From: the human T2T-CHM13v2.0 reference genome, Homo sapiens
Length of the DNA stretch: 64,000 nt
Reading direction: 5' to 3' (one strand)
Assembly (NCBI RefSeq): GCF_009914755.1
Contig: NC_060928.1
The notes beneath the pieces are model-generated. The model ran no database searches. It was not told where the DNA came from and saw only the letters and a list, made by a program, of their open reading frames with translations. The position numbers and the translations under genes were made by a program. Below are positions 54,601 to 64,000 of the stretch, one piece after another (the first letter of the stretch is position 1; each line of letters begins with the position of its first letter).

Positions 54601-55254
54601 CTCTTTTCTTCAGTTTTAACTTATTTGTTATTGATATGTGATATTGATTGATATCAATGTATTAATATATTAATATACAATATATTGTATTAAAATATCA
54701 CATGTACTCCAAAAATATGTATAATCATACACAATACAATGTATAATGATCGAATCAGGGTAATTAGGATCTCCATCACCTCAAACATTGATCTTTCCCT
54801 TGTGTTGGTAACATTCAAAATCCTTCCTTTTAGCTATTTAAAAATATACAAAAAATTACCATAATTTCCCTCCTGTACTATTGAATATTAGAACTGATTT
54901 CCTCTATCTCTTTGTATTTTTGTGCCCATTAATCATATCTCTTTATCTGCTCCACTCCACACCCTTTCCAGTCTCTGGTAGCCATCCGTCTACTCTCTAG
55001 CTCCGTGAGATTATTATTTTTTTAGCTCCTCCACGAGTAAGAGCATGTGATATTTATTTTTCTGCACTTGGCTTATTTCACTTAATATAATGACCTCTAG
55101 TTCCATCCATGCTGCTGTACATTATAAGACTTCATTCTTTTTTATGGCTGAATAGTACTCCATTGTGTATATGTATCACATTTTCTTTGTCCATTCATCT
55201 GTTGATGGCTACTGAGGTAGATTCCATTTCTTGGCTATTGTGAATAGTGTTGCA
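54601..55254 (-). mobile_element. 5'-truncated L1MA-like 3' end with TSD
   Basis: Antisense L1 3' UTR and ORF2 end. TSD tgtcgcctag at 54591-54600 and 55255-55264. Confidence 0.9.
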
Positions 55255-55269
55255 TGTCGCCTAGATCTT

Positions 55270-57510
55270 GCTTCCTCTCTCCAAACTTCCCCACACTCAC
55301 CAAATCCAGCCCAGGTGGACTTTAATTATTGTACCCATTAAGTCTTTGGAATCTATTGTTTCCCTTTATACCAGGAGTTTTCAGTGTTCACTGAGTCCAC
55401 TGCTTTTTGAATGATGCCCAGTCCTCAACATGTCCCCTTTTTCTCCTTCCCTATTTTAGTTTACATGAACCATACATACAGTTAATTGTTTTCAAACACC
55501 CAAACCTCCCTTGCCACTTTCTCAATGTCATTTTCGCCAGCAAAATACGTAACTTGGTCAAACCCAACTGTCTGTGTATTAATCGTGGCTGGAGAACAAC
55601 GCACGCCCTGGCTGGCTGCATTCTGTCTAAAACCATCCATAAGTCTCCAGTGGCAGTTTCCATGACCCTACAATCCAGGCATCTTTGCCTGTACAGTTTA
55701 ACTTGCTCACTTTTTGATACAATTTTCTGCCCTTTTTTTTTCAGATATTTCCAATGGTTTAAAATTTCAGCGAATTATCTTGTCACATATGTAATTGAGA
55801 GAATGGAAGTTCTCAGAATGAAACTTTCTCTTTGTTCACCATCAAATCTGTCTAAATACTTCTACTTCTACCCACACACTTTGTCTTCTCTTCTGTGATG
55901 GTGGATGAGGATCCCCGGCTCCCATCAAAGGCAGTTCCTGGCTGGTGCTCCGTATGTTGCCCTTCTCCACTTCTAGGGACTTTGACCCAGCAAATAATGC
56001 TCCCTTTTCTGCATCTCAGTTTCCCATCCTTTTCTGAATTATTATCTTCAGCTTGTTCTGTAGATTCCTGGCTTAAGAAAACTCTCCCTTGAGCACACTG
56101 ACCCATGTCTTCCTATAGCTACTGGCCCATTTCTCCAATTCTTTGCTTCACATTTTCTTTACAACCCACAGTGTCTGAGCTTCCATTACACCACTCCACT
56201 GAAACTGCTCTTGTCCAGGTCACCAGTGGTACCAAAGATGCCAAAGGCACCTGTGGTGTTGGCCAATCCAAGGATCACTTCTCTCTCCTGGTCATACTTT
56301 GCCTCTCAGACGCATTTGACATCAATTCAATTCCAAAGATTCTTTTCCACCACATTGCAATTCTATGCTTTCCTTTTCTGTACTTCACTGATCACTGCAT
56401 TCTTCTAAGTCAAATTGTTGTCACCTCTTTTTGTGCTGAGCACCTAAATATTTGGGTCTCAGAGTTTAGTTCTAGGTCCTGTAGTCTTCAGTATCCAAAC
56501 TCTCTCACTAGGATAGCTCATCCAATATGGAGCTCTTAATACTATGTATATGCTAATAATGTTAATATTTATACCCTCAGCCTAACCCATTCAAACTCAT
56601 GTGGCTGCCTGCCTATTTGACACTGTTGCTTAGATGTCTAATAGACAGCTCAGTTAACTTGCGCAAAAGGAAACTCTTGTCGATTTTTTAAAATCCCTAA
56701 ATTGATTACTCCTCCTGTCTTTCTATCCACCCAGTTATTAAAGACTAAAATCTAGAAACCATCCTTGATCTCTTTTACCCTCAGATTCCACATCTAACCC
56801 AACGTTGAGTCTTGCTAATTCTATCACCAAGATGTATCTGGTATTGGTCTACTTTTCATCTCTATGGCAACCTCCATACTCCATGTCATCATCATCACCA
56901 CATGGAATGCAAAAGCTTCCTAATCAGTGCCTTGTTTCCACTCTCGCTCCCATTAATCTGCTTTATCTTCTATTTTGTTTTTGCAAGCTAGCATAATGCT
57001 TTTAAATAGCCTGAAGCAGATCACATTATGTTATTTCTCTGCTCAAAATCTTTCAACGGCTTCTAGTGCCTTTTGATTCAAATGAATCAAACTGAAATCC
57101 TTCATCAGAGCATACAGGGCCTTGTTTTCTCTCCATCTTTGTCTCTACTATTGTCAGTCTTGGTCACTGCAATCTAACTAGTAGGTACTAGTTGACTTGG
57201 ATCATTTCCGTATCACCTCCCTGCCAAGGCATCCACAGACCACTCAATTTAAAGTAATTCAATCCTAGTCAAGTTTTAATATTATTATTCTGAATTATTT
57301 TAATATTATTAATAAGACTATTCTGTATTATCTTAATATTATTTTTCTGTATTATAGACTTCTAGTCTTTAGTCATAACTGAAATTATTTTATTTACACA
57401 AGTACACAAGAGTGGAGACCTCATCTGTTTAGGTCCTCTGTGGTATTCCAGCACCTAGAACTATGTCTAGAACAGGATAGAGAGTCAGTAAATGTTAGAT
57501 CAATGTATGA
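55270..57510 (+). mobile_element. Long degraded L2
   Basis: ccactccactgaaactgctcttgtccaggtcaccagtg, cctctcag..gcatttgaca, ttagatgtctaatagaca, and terminal ccagcacctagaac...cagtaaatgtt. Confidence 0.75.
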
Positions 57511-57774
57511 TCCCTTTTACTTTCCTAGATTCTCCAACTCTGCATCTCTTACCTTTACATTTAACCTGCACATTAAAGGCCCAAGGATTGGTTGAGCAGA
57601 GACAGACGTCTCCTCTGCACACAGAAGGTAAAACATGGCCATGACTGTATTAATATTTTACTCTAGTAATTAATAAAGCCATAATTTATGGAGTTTTTTC
57701 ATGTGCTTTTATCCACTCTCTAATTTACCCTGTCAACCACCTTGGAATGTGTATTACTGGAAATCTAGTTTTTG

Positions 57775-58290
57775 CTGTATGTTTTCCCCTTCGTAAGGGG
57801 ACTGCCCTTTCCTGATTCTGTGCAGCTCTCTGGCACCTCCAGGTCTGGTGGAATTGATCTTGCTTCCCTGGACCAAATGCTGGACCCACCAGCTGGACAG
57901 TCAGGGTTCGCCTTCTGCCTGGAAACCATTAATTGGTTCAGGGATGGTCACATGATCCAAATATGACTAATTGTTCCTCTTTGGAAAGCTTGTTGGAAAG
58001 AGCAGGGAAATTGCAATGTTTTTTTCTGACAGGTTCATGTTTAAATAGGACCTCACATATTACGGCCTCTGCCTGGAAATGAAGCTCATCCCGGGAAAAG
58101 AGGCGTGAGTGATGGAGAGCGGGCGTGAGCGTTGGAGAGCGGGCGTGAGTGATGGAGAGCACCCTCGTCTGAGCTCACGGACACCGCCTGAGTGAACCGG
58201 TGCTATCTTTGGCACTTTTCACGAAGCTGTGGTAATAAGCCTTTTTGTACCTAAACTAATTTGAATTGCATTCCACAAACCCTTGACTAA
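57775..58290. mobile_element. MLT1-like LTR remnant containing a 20 bp x 3 tandem repeat (58102-58160)
   Basis: attggttcagggatggtcacatgatccaa and ctaatttgaattg...ccttgactaat. Repeat unit ggcgtgagtgatggagagcg. Confidence 0.55.
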
Positions 58291-59399
58291 TTCGATTACT
58301 ATTCTTATTTTATAATTGGGGAAAATGAAAAGTGTCTTAAAGTTAAGACACTTGCCAGGGAGGAAATATTTGAGCAAGCCTTTCTTTGGTAAATAGCATA
58401 GGTCTAATATGGACTAGCGTTTTAATTATTTTGATGATATTTAAATTTTTTCCACTTTAAAAACATTTTATTAGATTTTTTTTTCTCTTAGTGTATATAC
58501 AAAATTCACGCAGGAAAAAACCATATTACTTTAAGATAATGCTTTGGATTATGTATTTTTTTTCTCAAAGCTCATTATTTAGTCAATGGAATGAAGTTCA
58601 TTAAATTAAGAATTGACAGAAATTGGAAATTATGTAAAATTATACGGGTGTCAAGAGAAGGATTAATGAAATTTAGTAGTTGATACTCACAATTAAAGTA
58701 AATGTGCAAAATTGGTTACTTTACCACGAGAGAGCACTAGCTTTCAGGAAAGTAAAACAAAAAATGTATCTCCTCTATATTGGCTGCATTCTAAATTACA
58801 AAGATTGAACATGAAAGACAAACGGACTTATGGGTTAATAAAAAAGAAAAATACGCCCATTCTCACTTTACACTATTGGTAAATATTCGAGTGTACAAAT
58901 AAGCAAAAGGAACATTAGTTAATTCAGAAATGAGAGCGAACTAACTGAAATGTTCTGTGATTGATGGGAGAGGCTGATAGAATTCACAGGTTATTGGAAT
59001 ACTAATTGCACCACATTGGCGGCCTCGTCAAATACCATTTTGCTTTTTATAGATGGTTATACTGTTCACTCACTTAATCAAATCAGAAAACTTGGTCATC
59101 TTAGATTCCCCACTCCTTTTGTTCACCTTCCCTGTCTTTACCATTTCAAATTGGCTCTCTTGTCTTAGAGCTTATGTCTCTAAAACAACCATGGCTGAAC
59201 GCTGCCCTGGCACAGTGTGTCTTCCTTGTCCAATCTCAGGGTCTCATCTTCGTGCATCAGGCTCTGTCTATTATAGTCCAGCCTACATAGAGCTGCAAAG
59301 GGTTATTTAAAAGAACACACTGAATTGCACCACGTTTATGCTTAATACTCTTGAAATATCTGTTACCTGAAGAATAAAGTTCAAAAATAGGGTCCTTAG

Positions 59400-61800
<2,401 letters not shown>

Positions 61801-62137
61801 AGCAAAGAGCTTGGAATCAGGGTCCCTGAGGAGAGTAGCAGAGAACACCGATCTGGAAGTAGGGTCAATCACAGAGGAACTTTGAGGGACTGACAGGTCA
61901 GCTCTTCAGCACAGAGCCAGGAGTACTCACACTCTGCCCCAGTCTATCTTAAAGCCTCTTCCCACCACTCTCTTCTCCACGGATTCTCAGTCCTTTCCAC
62001 ACCTACACGTTCTGCTTTAACTACCAGAGAGCCAAGTCTCCAAGGAACACCACACACTTTCATCCTTGTGTTATGCCATGGTATCCATCTTCTTCCCTTT
62101 TAACTCCCCTCCCCAAATCTACTCTCTTGCCCTAATT

Positions 62138-62487
62138 CTTAGTCCCTTTGGGCTGCATAACAAGATATCTGAGACTGGGTAATTAATGAAGAAAATAGAT
62201 TTATTGTCTATAGCTCTGGTGGCTGGGAAACCCAAGATCAAAGCACCAGCAGATACAGTGTCTGATGTGGGCCTGTTCCTCAGAAATGGCATCATCTTGC
62301 AGTGTCCTTCCAGGGTGGAAGAGGTAAGGATGCCCCCCCTCCCACCAGAAGGGAACTAATCTCATTTGTGAGGTTGGGACCTTCACGACTTAATCTCTTC
62401 CAAATGGCTCACCTCTTAATACCATTGTATCAAGTATTAGGTTACAACATACAGACTTTGGGGGCCACCAGCATTTGGACCATACCA
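62138..62487. mobile_element. MaLR solo LTR (MST/MLT1A-like)
   Basis: tcttagtcc.tttgggctgc.taacaa..atctgagactgggtaatt...ggctgggaa.cccaagatcaa.gcaccagcagat...catttggaccatacca. Confidence 0.8.
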
Positions 62488-64000
62488 TCTAACTTTGGCC
62501 TAACATACATCCCTCCAGCCAAAGTTAACATGGGGAAATATTTTCATTATACTTCAGATCTTATAAAAATGTTTTCTCCTCCTAGTCATCTAGATGCACA
62601 CATAAAAACAATACTTCCTTTCCCACGTTCCCATGGATTTGTTTGAAACCTAGCTAGAATGGGACCTCTGTGAGGCCAGGAGTTGTGCTCTATTTATCTC
62701 TCATCTTTGGTGTCTGGCACAATGCCAGGCGTATGCCTGACATTGTATTGAAGGACAGGACGCATATCTACAGACTTCATGTTAAAGATGGAAGCCGTGA
62801 TGTCTCCCCTTAAAATTATTCCTCTAATAACTTACATACCTTCTGTAGCTTAGAAACTTAAAAAACATGCTTAGTAATATGCAGAACCCCTTGTAACTCT
62901 ACTTGATGGATTCTCTCCTCTTTTGCATCTTCCTATTACCTCATAACATGAAGCTGAATAACAGCCGTCTATGTGTAATTAATAAAATATGCAAATATTT
63001 TGTATCATTATCTTCAGCTTACAAATCAGAATGAAAAATTGTTGTATTTAATGTGTTTGGTTGTGCAGCTTTCTTCAAATGCCTCTCCTCTCCATGACCC
63101 TTACTGTGAAAATTAATTGGGTATCTCCTCTGACTGCTCCATTCATTCATCAAACATTTATTGCCAGGCACACAGATAACAGTAAGAATAGATCTTCCTT
63201 CCAAGGAATGCACAGTCTAATGGACAGCAGTAGGAAATAATGACAAAATTGTTTTCTTTTAGTAGAATTTTTATCTACAGAGCAAAGAATCACAACTCTA
63301 GATCATTGCCCTGGAATTTCTCTGTTGGAGATCATCCCCAGATGGTTAGGACTCTGTCTGAAGGTTTCCTGATTCTGCCTTTGGTTGTTGTGTGCAAGGC
63401 ATGTGAGATGGTCTTAGGTGAACTATCCTGGATGGGAGCTGATGCCTTCCTCTGCTTCAGCAGAGTATTCTAGGTGCAGGGTGAGAGAATAGGCCTGCAT
63501 TTTCCAGCACTCAACAATCCTGCAAGGGACGAGGTGAGGTTCCTGCTCCTGTATCTACTACTTTCCTTGTTTTTCTCTGAGTGAATGGAATACTAACCTA
63601 ATTGGCTCAGAAGAAGAAGACTGCAGTAGAAGACTGGCTACATTTACTTACTAAATAAGTAAGTCTCATTGGCTTCCTACTTCATGGGACAGGCTCGGAA
63701 AGAAAGCCAGCAGGTATCTGTCCTTGCCCTCTTCTTTTCTTTACATGTGAATGCTGGCTGCTTTCATTTTGTTGTCATCTTGTGGTAAGATTCGTTCTTG
63801 GGAGAAGGATTAGATTATTAGATCTAATCTAAGCAACCTGTTCCAGTTTGATTTACAAATAGTTAGAATTTGGGGTCTAGCCCAATTAATAATGAACTGG
63901 CATTTGGATTTACCTTTCATCTGTATCCCTTAGGCATTCCATTAGAGAAGGGTGGCTGTGCCAAGACAAGATTTGGGTGTCTGTTAGAATTCTGCACAAA

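Overview
Primate (human-like) nuclear DNA, judged from AluY/S/J and L1PA elements. It is mostly non-coding and repeat-rich. No protein-coding exon, RNA gene or CRISPR array is supportable, and the long ORFs in the track come from L1, Alu or tandem repeats. The clearest functional landmark is a CpG island at about 8.1-8.9 kb with a probable non-coding first exon on the minus strand (donor CAG|GTAAGT at 8435/8434), so 1-8434 would be intron and the rest upstream or intergenic. I cannot name the gene. The most unusual structures are two pairs of ~190-225 bp inverted repeats of apparently unique sequence, ~94-95% identical by my manual alignment (14932-15121/17677-17861 and 24916-25140/25824-26048). 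Smaller template-switch-like marks also occur: a micro-inversion in an L1, perfected palindromes and local duplications. Other notable items are two L1 insertions with apparent 3' transductions, a nested L1-in-L1-in-LTR with a large deletion, and three minisatellites (32, 78 and 36 bp units), two of which flank the promoter. Repeat subfamily calls come from remembered consensus motifs, and boundaries of old elements are approximate.
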